In this document: one piece after another, positions 27,776-41,599 of the stretch
Layout: each line of letters begins with the position of its first letter
Position numbering within the stretch: the first letter of the stretch is position 1
DNA from: Octopus vulgaris
Lineage: Eukaryota
Assembly (NCBI GenBank): GCA_951406725.2
Contig: OX597835.1
Location: 49,724,001-49,788,000, forward strand
Length of the DNA stretch: 64,000 nucleotides
Direction of reading: 5' to 3'
Notes under the pieces: model-generated
Seen by the model: the letters and a program-made list of their open reading frames with translations, nothing else
Told to the model about the DNA's origin: nothing
Databases searched by the model: none
Position numbers and translations under genes: made by a program

Positions 27776-28659
27776 TTGCACATATACATACAAATATCTG
27801 TGTGTGTGTTCTTATGTTCATATATATTTGTGTGTGTGTGTGTGTGTGTTTCACTAAAATGGTGTTTATCATGGTGTATGCATAGAATACGTACTTGCAG
27901 ATGATATTTACACAAATATAATGATGGTGTTGACGTTGTTATTGTTGCTGTTCAATTCTAAACGTATAGAGATCCCGTCTTGAACACTAGGACAAGTGTT
28001 AAGAACCGCAAATTCAAGCATAACTAAAGGCAAACGAGCAATTTTGAAACTTTCTATAGTCTATAACCTTGTCGAGGAGGAGGAGGAGGGCGCTGCGGTG
28101 GTGTTTGTGGCTGTAATGTATTCTATAGGAATATCCTGTAAACCGGATCGAGTTGACGTGTGGTTGAAGGCGCTCCCACTGACTCCACCAAGGAATCGCC
28201 CTGGCCTATAACAGTGACGTGGAAACACAAAGCCCTTACCTCAAGGGCAAATGCAGGACGTCCATCAACAAAAGCATTGCCCAGGCTTGGTCTTTCTATA
28301 TTATCGAAAGCGCCCTCTTTAAAATGGTCGGGAGCGATCTGAAAGAGAAGTGGCGGGAGTGGGGTCATGTAGAAAGAAGCCTCCTCCTTGGTGTCGGTAG
28401 AAGTTATGATAGTGGAGGCGGCGGTCGTTGTTTGTTCACCGTTCTCACTCTAATGGTGATGGTTCTGGTGTCGATGTCTATCTTTAGCTCTTCTTCTCTC
28501 TTCCTCTCTCTATATCTATCTACCTATCTATTTATCTGTCTATCTACCAGTCTTTTACCTGTCTGTCCGTTTGTCTATCATACAAACTACCTCTTTTTCT
28601 CTTTTTCTTTCTCTCTCTCTTTTCTTTCTCTCTCTCCTCCCTCTCTATCTATCTACCTC

Positions 28660-28690
<31 letters not shown>

Positions 28691-28864
28691 ACTAATCTAT
28701 CGGTGCCTCTCTATTTGTCACTGTATCTATTTATCAGTCTTTCTACCTGTTTCTCTGCCTCTAACCTGTTTTTTCCATTTCTCTATCTGTCTCTCTGGTT
28801 ATTCATCTTTGTACAACTTTGTACATTCTATCACATCACTTGATTCTCTTAAGAATTATTGGCT

Positions 28865-29299
28865 TCAAACTTTGGCACAAGGCCAGCATTATTAAGGGAG
28901 TGGGTAAGTCGATTATATTGACCCCAGTATTCAACTGGTGCTTATTTTATCGACCTCGAGGGGATGAAAAGCAAAGTCGACCTCAGCAAAATTTGAATGC
29001 AGAACTTAAAGAAGGATGAAATGCATGAATTGGCCGGCGTGCGAACGATTCTGCCAGTTCGCCAAAAATATTAATAATAACAATAATAATATTCCTTTCT
29101 ATTATAGACACAAGGCTTGAAATTTGGGGGGAGGGGATGAGTCGATTACATCGACCCCAGTATTTCACGGGTAATTAATTTATCGATCTCAAAATGATAA
29201 CAGGCAAAGTCAACCTCGGCGAAATTTGAACTAAGAACGTAGCGATGGGTGAAGTACCGCTAAGCATTTCGGCCGGCGCGCTAACGATTCTGCTAGCTC

Positions 29300-29300
<1 letters not shown>
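28865..29300 (-). mobile_element. Two tandem MetaSINE-like copies
   Basis: Reverse complement of the SINE body twice (gatgaaaagcaaagtcgacctc; aatttgaactaagaacg; ctaacgattctgc). Confidence 0.8.
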
Positions 29301-29346
<46 letters not shown>

Positions 29347-29890
29347 CAACAACAATGTCGCAGTGATCGTCGTATAACAATAACACCTGACAGAAACACC
29401 TGGGCTTGAACTCCTACCAACAACTCTCTAAAACAACGCCATGTGACATAAAAGCACTGTTCACCTATTTTCTCTTCAGCTCTCCACCACTTGGCAATTT
29501 GATGTTGTTTTTCTTGCTAGACAGTAGTAGTAGTAGTAGTAGTGGTGGTGGTGGTGGTGGTGGTGGTGGGGGTGGTGGTGGTGGTGGTGGTGGTGGTGGT
29601 GGTGGTGGTGGTGGTGGTGGTGGTGGTGATAAGAGAATGGTTATTGTGTTATGTGTCGTTCATTAATGCATAATTAATTTATTGTACACTCCTTAATCGT
29701 TTGAGCTGGTCCGGAGTGGGTGGGGGGGGAGGGGAGGGGATAGAGAAGTTGGGGTGACGGTGGTAGTGTTGGGACGGCAAAGAGTGGCTGGTGAATGACA
29801 GTGATTGTGGTGAGTGGTGATTAATGGTGGTTGAGTGATGATAAGTGGTGGCGCTTTCTACGTTTATGTTTGTGTCATGTGTGGGCGTAT

Positions 29891-29925
<35 letters not shown>

Positions 29926-30392
29926 TTATGAAGAAATTGGGTTTTAGAATCTCAAGTTGTCCAGGCATTCATTCGGTGACCCTTTCGTTTTATATAACAT
30001 AGGAATTCACATCAAGAATCTTGCAAAACGAATATATAAACGTGTATATATATATTTACATGGTTAAATGAGACTCGGGTAAAAGCCTTGTATGCACATG
30101 TTGTACCCGTTGTACCCGTTGTACCCGTCTTGTTTCAGTGGTTGCCCCCCCCCCCGCCACCAACTGCTAGTTTCATTGAACATATTTATGGTCAAAAGAA
30201 TCCCAACCTATCGTTTTTTATGGATTTGTAGAAAAGCTACCGAGTCTAATATATCGTCTTTTGTTGGTTTTTTGTTTTGTTTTTTTGTGTAAATTGTGGG
30301 GATTTGGCTGCTATTTATAACAAGTCAGTGGCTACGTCGAGCTTCTGACATTAACTAAATATTGAGCAACAGAAAGGAGGAGGGAAGAAACA

Positions 30393-30829
<437 letters not shown>

Positions 30830-31189
30830 GACTAACCCAGATCTGTAGTTTGGCACAATTGCATCTGTGCATCTGGCGAGATTCCGTGCAACGATTGTTC
30901 TCTTTCTTTAAATTCCGACTTCGAATTGGTCTCCTCACTAGAATCCGATCAACTGTGAAATCCACTGTGAAAAGAAAAAAAGAAAAAGAAAAAGCAGAGC
31001 CATTTACATCCGGAGGAAGAAGCTGGATGCTGGTGCATTTTGTTCTGAACGCAGAAAATTAACTGCGTTGTTTGAATGGAGGTTTGAATGCTTTGCGGGG
31101 TTTGTTCCTGCGCGCCACCTCTTTGTTCAAGTTCCGTTGATGTCCTTTTTGCTCTTTCTCCATTCCGAATCGATGGTATTCACTGCAGC

Positions 31190-31340
31190 GCGATGGACCA
31201 ATGCGAAATTATTTAAAGGTTCAGGAAAGATACCTTGTCGTATTCGTCCTGATACTTTGCCTTCCGTCAGCAACGTTTACCACAAAGACATTGCTGCTGA
31301 CTTAGTCATTTAAGCCAAACTCTAGCTTGCCCATCGCGTT
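31190..31340 (-). mobile_element. Possible decayed RTE-type LINE 3' remnant
   Basis: The - strand reads TLLTEGKVSGRIRQG, reminiscent of the RTE C-terminal EGKxxGxRxxG motif; otherwise degenerate. Confidence 0.35.
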
Positions 31341-31868
31341 TCTTGTTGGACGGGCATAATATACCTCAGACCTTCGATGGATCCAAATTTCGTGATTTTG
31401 AGAAATATTTGTTTGCTATTTCTAGTGAGACGTAGAGCGTGCATTTAGAGCCATTCATATTGGCTGCCATTGATATAGATGTATCGGCCCACGATCGATG
31501 ACCTTTGGATGAATATCAATGAGGTTGACAGAAATGGTTTGCATGGCATCGACAGTTGCCGGACTTTCTCAAAGACATCTCACCCAAACTTGCAGCCAAC
31601 AAGTCCCTATGCAGATGCATGGCAAACATTGAAGCCTTGATACTGCTATCGATTTCATTGATCATAGGCTGCATCATCGATTAAATTTCAAGTTTAGGAA
31701 TAGACACTGTCTCTTTTTTCAGTGAAAATAAATTGCTTTTTAACATAAGCCCCAGACCTTAATTACATATAGGAGACAGAAGAAACAGTTAATTACAACA
31801 GCCTCAGGACTTAATCAGTATTTCTTATAAAGGGATCGACACTTTCTTTGTCAATCATAATGCTTATG

Positions 31869-32055
31869 TCAAATATGACATTTAAGTCCCGCCAACGTTT
31901 TGCAAAGAGGCCCACAGATGTTGCAAGTATGAGGATTATGGGTCAGTGCAGGAAGCGTATTTGCAGCCGCTTTTCGCTTTGGCCTGTTAATGCTGGTTGA
32001 AACAAAGTCTCTGATGCCATTTTTACACGATGTTCTCCATTTTGTTCGTTCCAAG
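31869..32055 (-). mobile_element. RTE-type LINE C-terminal fragment
   Basis: ERTKWRTSCKNGIRDF...HTCNICGPLCKTLAGLKCH resembles the RTE ORF end (DRxxWR...CxxC...GLxxH). Confidence 0.65.
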
Positions 32056-32222
32056 GTTGTTTTAACCTCGGAATGATAAAAAAAAAATCAAAATCGGATT
32101 CTGTGGGAGTTGAACTCGTAGCGTAAATCCCATAAAGTATTACTTTGTCTATAAGTAAATTTTGCCAATCTACAGATCCCGCATTTATTTTTGTTTTTTG
32201 TCTGTTTGTTTATTTTTTTATT

Positions 32223-32289
<67 letters not shown>

Positions 32290-32409
32290 AAACTTACGTG
32301 GAAGAGGATGCGTGGCGTTCAATCATATAATAATATAAGTAATATATATGTGCATATATATACATACGTATATGTAAGTACACGTTTCATGACGTCCTGT
32401 GCCCACATA

Positions 32410-32481
<72 letters not shown>

Positions 32482-32705
32482 CACGTATAGATGTAAGTAT
32501 GTATATATGCATATATGTATATATATTATTTATTTATATATATATATATATATATTATTTATATATATATATATATACAGTATATATATATGTGTATATA
32601 TATTTATATGTGTGTGTATACATACATATATACACACATAAATTTATATACATATATATATACATACATATAATTATATATATATATATACAAATATATG
32701 CATGA

Positions 32706-32790
<85 letters not shown>

Positions 32791-33138
32791 TGTATGTATA
32801 TTGCTAGTAATGTAATACCACGGTGATTCTTATTGTTTTATATATCATGTACAGAAGTATTGTAAATTTGTTTTGTAGATTTTTTCAGGTTTTTTTTCGT
32901 TTTGTGTTTTTTTTTTCATTTCGTTTCGCTGGTTTTTTTTCATTGTCTGTGTTTTATGTAACATTCCTCCACCCCTGTCCTCCCGACCCCTTATCTACCC
33001 CGTAACCAAACGTCAATCCTTTTTTGTAGATTTACGATTAAAAGAAATATTGCCAAAGATACCCGTCAACAAAGGTCACCGGTCACGTGACTTTTCGATA
33101 CAAACTCTGCACGCGCTTGTGTGTCTATGTGCGTGTGA

Positions 33139-33185
<47 letters not shown>

Positions 33186-33202
33186 CGCATATATATACAT
33201 GC

Positions 33203-33264
<62 letters not shown>

Positions 33265-33544
33265 GTATATATATACGTGTGTGTGTGTTTGTACATATAT
33301 ATATGTATAGATATGGATGTATGCATTTATATGCATGTATATATATCTATATACATACACTGTTCGATAAAAAAAGTTATATCATGATATTTGAAACAGT
33401 CAAACGCACAAATGAACTAATTGCATTGAGTGGGTGAAAGGAGGAAGAGTAATTCGTTTAAAGAAGCCTTAAAATGTTTTATCACTTTTATTATTATTAT
33501 TATCATCATCATCATCATCATTATTATTATTATTATTATTATCA

Positions 33545-33602
<58 letters not shown>

Positions 33603-34172
33603 GTTCTTCATCGTTTAATTTATTTACTTATTTTGATCTTTTTTTCTTTTGTCTTTCTCTCCTTTCATTATTTCCTCTTTCCGTATCACTCTACGCATAT
33701 ATGGTACTTTGGAAATGGATTTCCGATTCTATACTGATTTTATTGAACGTAAAACATAATTTTAACATTATAACCTCTGTTGCGTTTCATGCATTGTATT
33801 ATTTTTTAGTCTATGTGAGTGAGTGTATGTGAAAGTATGTCAGTGTAAATATATGTTGCTTTAAATGTGCGTGAGTACAACTTTTTGAATTTAAAAGGAA
33901 AGAAATAGAAAAATATCGGAAGGAAATAAACAAAAGCCAAAAAACAAATTCTGCCATTGCTGCTACTTTTTGATTTATTTATTTTAAATTTTTACAGAAT
34001 TATTGTCATTAATATGTTTTAGTTGTTAAATGGATTTTTAAGAGGTATATCGTATCTAATGATATTTCCATCAAATATTTATTGATAACATTTTATACAC
34101 AAACACACACATACACATAGGTACATGTATGTATACATACATATATATATATATATACGTGAACATATGATA

Positions 34173-34238
<66 letters not shown>

Positions 34239-34615
34239 CATTTATATATTAAATTTTATATGGCGTTTTGTGAAGAATAGCGTCGTTAGTAAGATGTTTA
34301 TAAAGAGGCTTATCATTGGTTTAGTGTATTTACGATGGTGAGGATAACAATAGAACCGTCTCGTGCAACTCGTGCGGAAGAGATACCACTAGGGACTTTT
34401 GTTCTTAAGCACCGGTTTACTGTTTTTTTTAAATTTAATTGCTTCCTTTTTTTCTCTTTTACATTTACGTCTATTGTCGATATACAAAGTCGAAATATAT
34501 ATTCATATGAAACACGCACATGCTGACATACACACACACACACACAAACACCTATACAAATATCTATACATACATGCATACATATACACACTCACAATGT
34601 ATGTATGTATGTATG

Positions 34616-34649
<34 letters not shown>

Positions 34650-34802
34650 TGTATGTATGTATGTATGTATGTATGTCATCGATAACCAAATTTCATTGAC
34701 AAATCATTTGCCAACCTGAAACCATGGGGAAGATACTGCTCAAAATATCGCTCAGTCGAATCGAACCTAAAACCAAGTAATGCTTGTGATGCAGGCAACC
34801 AT

Positions 34803-34858
<56 letters not shown>

Positions 34859-35104
34859 TATTTAATAAACACACTATATGTTTTTATGTGCTACTATTAT
34901 TTTCATGTGAATAGAGCATCCCAGACTGTATTTTTTAAGATGTCTGGTGTTCTAGCACAATCTTCAGGCACTGCCCTCATTCTACATACATACATACAAA
35001 CATACAAGTGTCCCTTACAAATTAAAAAATAAAAATAAGGATAATTCAACAATATGGCCGCGTAAAGTGCCTCAGGGAAAATGTTATGCCTACTTCAGCG
35101 CCGG

Positions 35105-35450
35105 TTTGGCAGAATAGTTATAGCGTCTCATGCTATTTGTGGCGATTCTCTAAGTTCAAATCCTATCCAAATGAAGTTTGCCTTTCGTCTTTTCATAGTC
35201 GATGGAAAAATATCAGCTTAAGGCGGTGAATTGTTTGAGCCATGAGAATGTCAAACCGGATGCCTTGTGGCACTTTGCTTCCAATTCTGAGTTCAAATCC
35301 CACCGTGACCTACTCCGTCAGCCTTTCGGAGTTAATGGCAAAAAAATGTACCTGTTGAAAGTGGTGGACTGGCAACGCTGTAATATTGTGACACCAGAGG
35401 CCTGTGGTTCTTTGCGTTCTGAGTTCAAATCCTGCTGTGGACTATTTATG
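35105..35450 (+). mobile_element. Degenerate MetaSINE-like pieces (three B-box segments)
   Basis: tggcagaatagtta, followed by three ttct[g/a]agttcaaatcc segments. Confidence 0.55.
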
Positions 35451-35874
35451 TAGTAGATTTAATCTGTCACCCGGTTTAACACCAACAACTGGCCCCTTGG
35501 AAGCCTTTAACGGAATCACTTGTGTTGTAAGCATTCGGGATTGGATTCTAGTTAGGTGATATTTTCCTCCATTCATCCACCCACTAATCTCGGAGACCTA
35601 AAAGGCTGACCATGGTCACTGGTCTTCCTCTGACTAAAAGGGGACGAAGCAATATATGACCTCATGTAATGTTACAGAAACCTGTAATTAATAAGAATTA
35701 TGAAGACAACTAGGAACTTACAATCAAAAAAGAAAACCAACAATCAAGGGAGATAATTCCAGCAAGATCAACTGATTGAAATAGGTTTTGTACAACAAAA
35801 AACATTTGCAAATTTTAATGAATTTTTACTTCGAAACTAAATGGTGATAAGAGAAACGGACTTATTTCGTTAGT

Positions 35875-36375
35875 CAACCAGCTAGTGAACCATTCAGCCA
35901 CACAGATAGTTGACCAAACACTTACCGAGACAGAAAACCATCTATTCACCCAGAAGAGCTCGCCAGTCACTCAGACTCCCCAATAGCTAGCCAGGGAGCT
36001 AGCCAGCTAATCAGAGAGCTAGTCCCTTATAGCTAGTCTAGTCAGCTAGTCAGTCTCCTCGATGGCTAGCCAGTTTTTCACTCACCCAGATAACTAGCCA
36101 GTTAGTCAATAACCTAGATAGCTTCCCAGTTTTTTAGTTACCCAGATGGTTAGTCAGCTATTCAGTTACCTAGTTAACAGGCCACCAACACAATCAACCA
36201 GCTGACCAACTACTCAAACACTTTGATAACTAGCCTGCTAGTAAAGCCGGCCAGTTTACTACGAAGGTCATGGAATAACTACTAATATGCCAACACGACC
36301 GACCGACCGACCAACCACACCATTCAGCTAACCAATCAATTAATTTCCAAATGACCAACCAGCCGAGCTATCGAC
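35875..36375. repeat. Old degenerate tetranucleotide tract (GCTA/CCAG/ACCA/ACCG)
   Basis: 4-nt periodicity with many gctag, ccag and tcag units. Confidence 0.65.
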
Positions 36376-36699
36376 AATTAGATTCTCATTTGGTCTTCTC
36401 TATTGTTCTTTTCAATCTTTCATCTCTTCTTCCGTTGTGTTGCAATTATATATACACGCATGTGTATGCGTGAGTGAGTGTGTATAAGTGAGGACATATA
36501 ACACACTCACGTACACAAACGCATACACACATGCATATATAATGTGATGAGCGGCAGTGTTATTGTATATACGCTTGATTAATTTCATGTGTGTGTATAT
36601 ATATAGATATAAATATATATATATACATATACATATGTAAGAGATTATATCATATATATATATATATATATATACACGTTTATAAATACATATATACGA

Positions 36700-36736
<37 letters not shown>

Positions 36737-36932
36737 GGCTTGAATGTGTCAGTAATATATATATGCATGTATGTATATATGTGTATATTTATGCTTGCAT
36801 GTGTGCATTTTATCGTTAGCCTAGAAATGTGTATTGTGTTATATAACAAACGCATATCATATATATGTGTCTGTGTACGTGTGTGAGAGTGTATGTTTAT
36901 ATATTTATGTGTGTATACATATATATGTGTGA

Positions 36933-36969
<37 letters not shown>

Positions 36970-39136
36970 CATACATCAGTATGCTGTCATGTTTGCACAC
37001 ATAAATACAAGCAATCACATGCGTGCGCGCACGCACACGTATATACATTACACACACACACACACGTGTGTGTGTGTGTGTAATCAGTTTTATATTCAGA
37101 AATCGGCATCGATCATGTATTAGTAATAAACCGAGAGGAAGCAACAGCAACAACAATGACATGCATCTCATTGCCTCTCGACTCTTTTGCTCGAACAGCA
37201 ACATAAGCAGTTTCGTATGGTGGCGGTGGTGGTGGTGGTGTGGTGGTGGCGGTGGCGGTGGTGCGACTTGTTTTGCTGCTGCTGCTGTTATTGTTCTTGT
37301 TGCTGCTGACGATGATGATAGTAGTGTTGGTGGTAGTTTGTTTAGTGAAGTTATATCCTGTAACCCCAGGTCAGTCAGTCTTGCTGGCGCGTCCCTCTGA
37401 TTGATCAAAAGCCTCGAATATTCCGACGGTTCGTATATTAGGGCCTACCTTATCCAAAATGTCCTTCGCTTTTATTAAAAAAATTTATTTTTTTTTAGAG
37501 AATGAGAAGCGATTTGAGAAACATTTCGCTGTTATTTTTAGCGCATCGTACGACCTGGAGAATTCGGTGTTGTTGTTGGGGCGCGGTGGTGGTGGTGGTG
37601 GTTACAGCGGCCTTGTTTGTGATGGTGGTGGTGATAGTGATAGTGTTTGTGTTCGTGATTATGGCGATGCTGATAGTGTGTGCGGCGGCAGTGTTGGTGA
37701 TAGTGTCGGCAGTGGTGCTGCAACTGGTGGTGGTGGTGGTGGTGGTGGTGGTTGTGGTGGTGGTCATGATGGCGCTGCTACTGATGCTGGTGATGATGGT
37801 GGTGATGGTGATATTACAAGGCAAACCGTGATGTGAAAGCAGTGGTGGTGGTGGGGTAGGGGTAGCAACGGGCTTGTTCGGTGAGGTGAGGATTGGGGTA
37901 GTGTGAGGCCGGGCTCAGTGGGGGGTGCTATGGTAGGGAGAGCGAGAACACTAGCACCACCAGCAGCAGCAACAACAACAACAACAGCATCATTAACAGC
38001 AGCAGCAGTAGCGGTAGCAGCAGCAGCAGCAGCAATAGGTTTGTGAATAACTTATAAGGTTGACTTGATGTCCAATCAGAAGCGATCTGATGTGTGAACA
38101 ACACAGCCGAGCGTCTAATGTAAAAACACTCAGAAATCTGTGACCACCATTTTGGTGTTGTTTGACTGACGCAACGAAAATAGCACCTCGCCTGGCTACG
38201 TACGTTCATCGTCATCATCATCGTCATCATCGTCGTCATCATCGTCGACATCATCGTCGTCATCATCATCATCATCAACAGCAGCAGCGTCAGCATCGTT
38301 GTAAACGTCGAAGTCATTGTCTCTACTAACATCAGCATAATTATCACTATCAACATCGTCCTCATCGCCGTCGTCGCCATCCTCTCGTTTCTGCTGCGCT
38401 CTTGACTGTGGGTGGTGGTGGTGGTGGTGGTGGTTTGGAGATGTTCCTCTTTCTGGAGATGGTTGTTCTTGTTATTGTTACTGTCGTTGCTTATTGTTGT
38501 TTAGTTAACTGCATGTCAATTCCAACCAAACAGTCGTTTGAAAAAAGTAATCCAGCCGTGCCTATCCCCTCTTTTTCTCATATACTTGCAATCCAGGACC
38601 ACAATATTCAACGTGTCCTCTTTTTAAAGAGATATGTGGTTGCTATTTCTCGCAATCAGAATGACCACAAAACTGCTTCCTCACGCGTTAGGTGATCCTG
38701 TTTGCCCCAGAAAGTAAGGAGGATGCCAAAGGTCATATAAAAAGGGCCTTTGTTGTTGTTTAGTCTCCTATATCTCACTGATTAGATCTGTGAAGACTCT
38801 CCAGATGTGATCACCCTACCTTTGAGTTTATAAGAAGAGTGCAGCTAGAATTATATTATATATAATGCGATGTTTTGCTTTATTTTTGGGGGGTTTTTTT
38901 GTCTTTCATTCAAACTTACTGTGTTTTCGAGATAGTAGGGTTGCTTTTGAAGGAGAATTGACTATAATTTTTTGCATTATTTTCTACCACACTACGTGTT
39001 TCTACACAGTATTCCTTGATTCCGTTTAACCGTTTGTTTCAATTGTTTCGGAATATTTCCATTAAAACAGGAACAGGAAATATCCGGGTGTCACCCTATT
39101 CTTTTCCTTTTCTCCCTTTCTCTCTCAATATGTGTG

Positions 39137-39167
<31 letters not shown>

Positions 39168-39417
39168 TTTTCTCCCTTTCTCTCTCAATATGTGTGTGTG
39201 TGCATATATATATATATATATATATACATACTTTATTCAAAAGCAGCAGAAATTCAACAAAACCTGTTACTCGGAGTTTCACATTCCTGTTCGTCAGACA
39301 GTTTTTGTTAAAATAGAACCGATATGCCAATTCTATCAAGAAATAAAGCATATTACTCTACCCCTGGTATTTGAGTACTCGTTTTTCCACCTTGTTTCAC
39401 ATTTATGTGCTTACTCC

Positions 39418-39481
<64 letters not shown>

Positions 39482-40033
39482 GAAGAATGTGCATGTGTGC
39501 GCATATGTATGTATATGTATATACATCGAGAGAAAAAGAGCGAAGAATACATGACCGAAGCGGGATTTCTCTCTCTCTCAAATTCATTCTCACTCTCTCC
39601 TTCCTTCTTTGTTTCTCCTTCGCCCTCCCTCATCCTCTTTCCCCCTCTCTATATTCTTATGCTGTTATATTATCCTGAATCAATATGGCGGCGGCTAAAA
39701 ATCGATTCAAATGTTTTATTTACGATTGCATTATGATAACCTGTTTTGTGAATGTCGTACGCCATGTCTATCCCATATTTTAAACATTCCTTTGAGATAT
39801 TAAGCTATGTGATAAATTGGTTATGTTAGCATGTGATAATTGGGTTACCAGTCATGTGATATGTTGTTTATTTTATAGTTGTTAGTCTGTTAAGGGGGTA
39901 CTGTAGGTGCCCGATATTATCAGCGGGATACTTTGGTACATCGATTTGTATCGACAGGTTACTTAGTGTGTGTGTATACATATATATTATATACATACAG
40001 ACATGCATACATATATACATGCATACATGTATG

Positions 40034-40089
<56 letters not shown>

Positions 40090-40159
40090 TGTCTGTATAT
40101 ATATATGCATGTACAGACATGCATACATATTTATATATGTATGTATGTATATATATATG

Positions 40160-40223
<64 letters not shown>

Positions 40224-40459
40224 CATGTCTGTATGTATATAATATATATGTACACACACACACACATATATATATATACACATCCATATATACATGTATG
40301 TATATACATGTATATATATATACACATCCATATATACATGTATGTATATTTATATATGTAATATATATATATATATGCATGTATGCATATGTATATATGA
40401 ATGTATTTATTGTTATATATACATATAATTATATATGTATATTACACATAATTATATAT

Positions 40460-40725
40460 TATCATCATCATTTAGCGTCCGTTTTCCATGCTAGCATGGG
40501 TTGGACGGTTCTGCTGGGGTCTGTGAAGCCAGAAGGCTTCATCAGGCCCAGTCAAATCTGGCAGTGTTTCTACGGCTGGATGCCCTTCCTAACGCCAACC
40601 ACTCCGTGAGTGTAGTGGGTGCTTTTTACGTGCCACCCGCACTGGTGCCAGCCAGAGCTGGCAAACGGCCACGAACGGATGGTGTTTTTTATGTGCCACC
40701 GGCACGAGGGCCAGGCGAGGCTGGG
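40460..40725 (-). mobile_element. Retroposon 3' portion with an RTE-type tail
   Basis: The - strand reads ggttggcgttaggaagggcatccagccgtagaaac...cccatgctagcatggaaaacggacgctaaa(tga)n; internal repeat of tgtgccacc. Confidence 0.6.
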
Positions 40726-40749
40726 CAAATTATATATAGGTTCAGTAGT

Positions 40750-41142
40750 AGCAGTATGGTAAAAAGCTTGCTTCCCAACCACATGGTTCCAGGTTCAGTC
40801 CCGCAGCGTTGCACCTTGGGCAACTGGCTTCTGCTGTATCCTCGGGCCGACCAAAGCCTTGTGAGCGAATTTGGTAGATGGAAACTGAAAGAAACTCATC
40901 GTATATATGTGTATGTGTGTGTGTGTGTTTGTTTGTAAGTTTGTTTGTATGTCCCCCACCACCACCATCGCTTGACAACCGATGGTGGTGTGTTTACGTC
41001 CCCGTAGCTTAGCGGTTCGGCAAAAGAGACCGATAGAATAAGTACTAGGCTTACAAAGAATAAGTTCTGGGGTCGATTTGTTCGACTAAAAGCTGTGCTC
41101 CAGCATAGCCATAATCCAATGACCGAAACAAATAAAAGAATA
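40750..41142 (+). mobile_element. Near full-length OR-like SINE
   Basis: Head, ttgcttcccaaccacatggttccaggttcagtcc, gcaccttgggcaa, internal (TG)n and 3' tail gtgctccagcatagcc...aaacaaataaaagaa. It links the 5' and 3' half copies found elsewhere in the window. Confidence 0.85.
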
Positions 41143-41148
41143 CATAAA

Positions 41149-41340
41149 GGCGGCGAGCTAGCAGAATGGTTAGCGCGCCGGGCGAAATGCTTAGCGGTAT
41201 TTCACCCATCGCTACGTTCTGAGTTCAAATTCCGCCGAGGACGGCCTTGACTTTCATCCTTTCGGGGTTGATAAATTAAGTACCAGTTGAGTATTGAGGT
41301 CGATGCGATCGACTGTCCCGATCCCCACAAAATCCAGCCA
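41149..41340 (+). mobile_element. MetaSINE-like SINE
   Basis: ggcggcgagctagcagaatgg...gagttcaaattcc...ttcatcctttcggggttgataaattaagtaccag. Confidence 0.85.
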
Positions 41341-41412
41341 TTTTGTCTATAGTGGAAATGATTGAATGCATACATATGTATATACACATTTGAATGTATA
41401 TGCATTATATGT

Positions 41413-41478
<66 letters not shown>

Positions 41479-41545
41479 CTTTATGTATACACACACACAT
41501 ATATATACACACACATATACATACATATATACATATATACGTGTA

Positions 41546-41599
<54 letters not shown>

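Noticed and set aside
28120-28380. GC-richer island with open frames on both strands
   Set aside because: No recognisable protein motif or splice structure; probably an old transposon fragment.
31560-31640. Peptide QPTSPYA resembling the EBF C-terminal NSPY motif
   Set aside because: No suitable acceptor or donor, and no flanking similarity.
33030-33110. tttttgtAG acceptor giving [15 protein letters not shown] in phase 1
   Set aside because: No COE similarity, weak donor, and it runs into a microsatellite.
39108-39228. Exact 60-bp tandem duplication; a similar one lies at about 24370-24480
   Set aside because: Microsatellite-anchored slippage or an assembly artefact; no functional signal.
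41149-41235. A-box/B-box motifs suggesting tRNA genes, here and at other SINE heads
   Set aside because: No cloverleaf; the motifs continue into SINE bodies.
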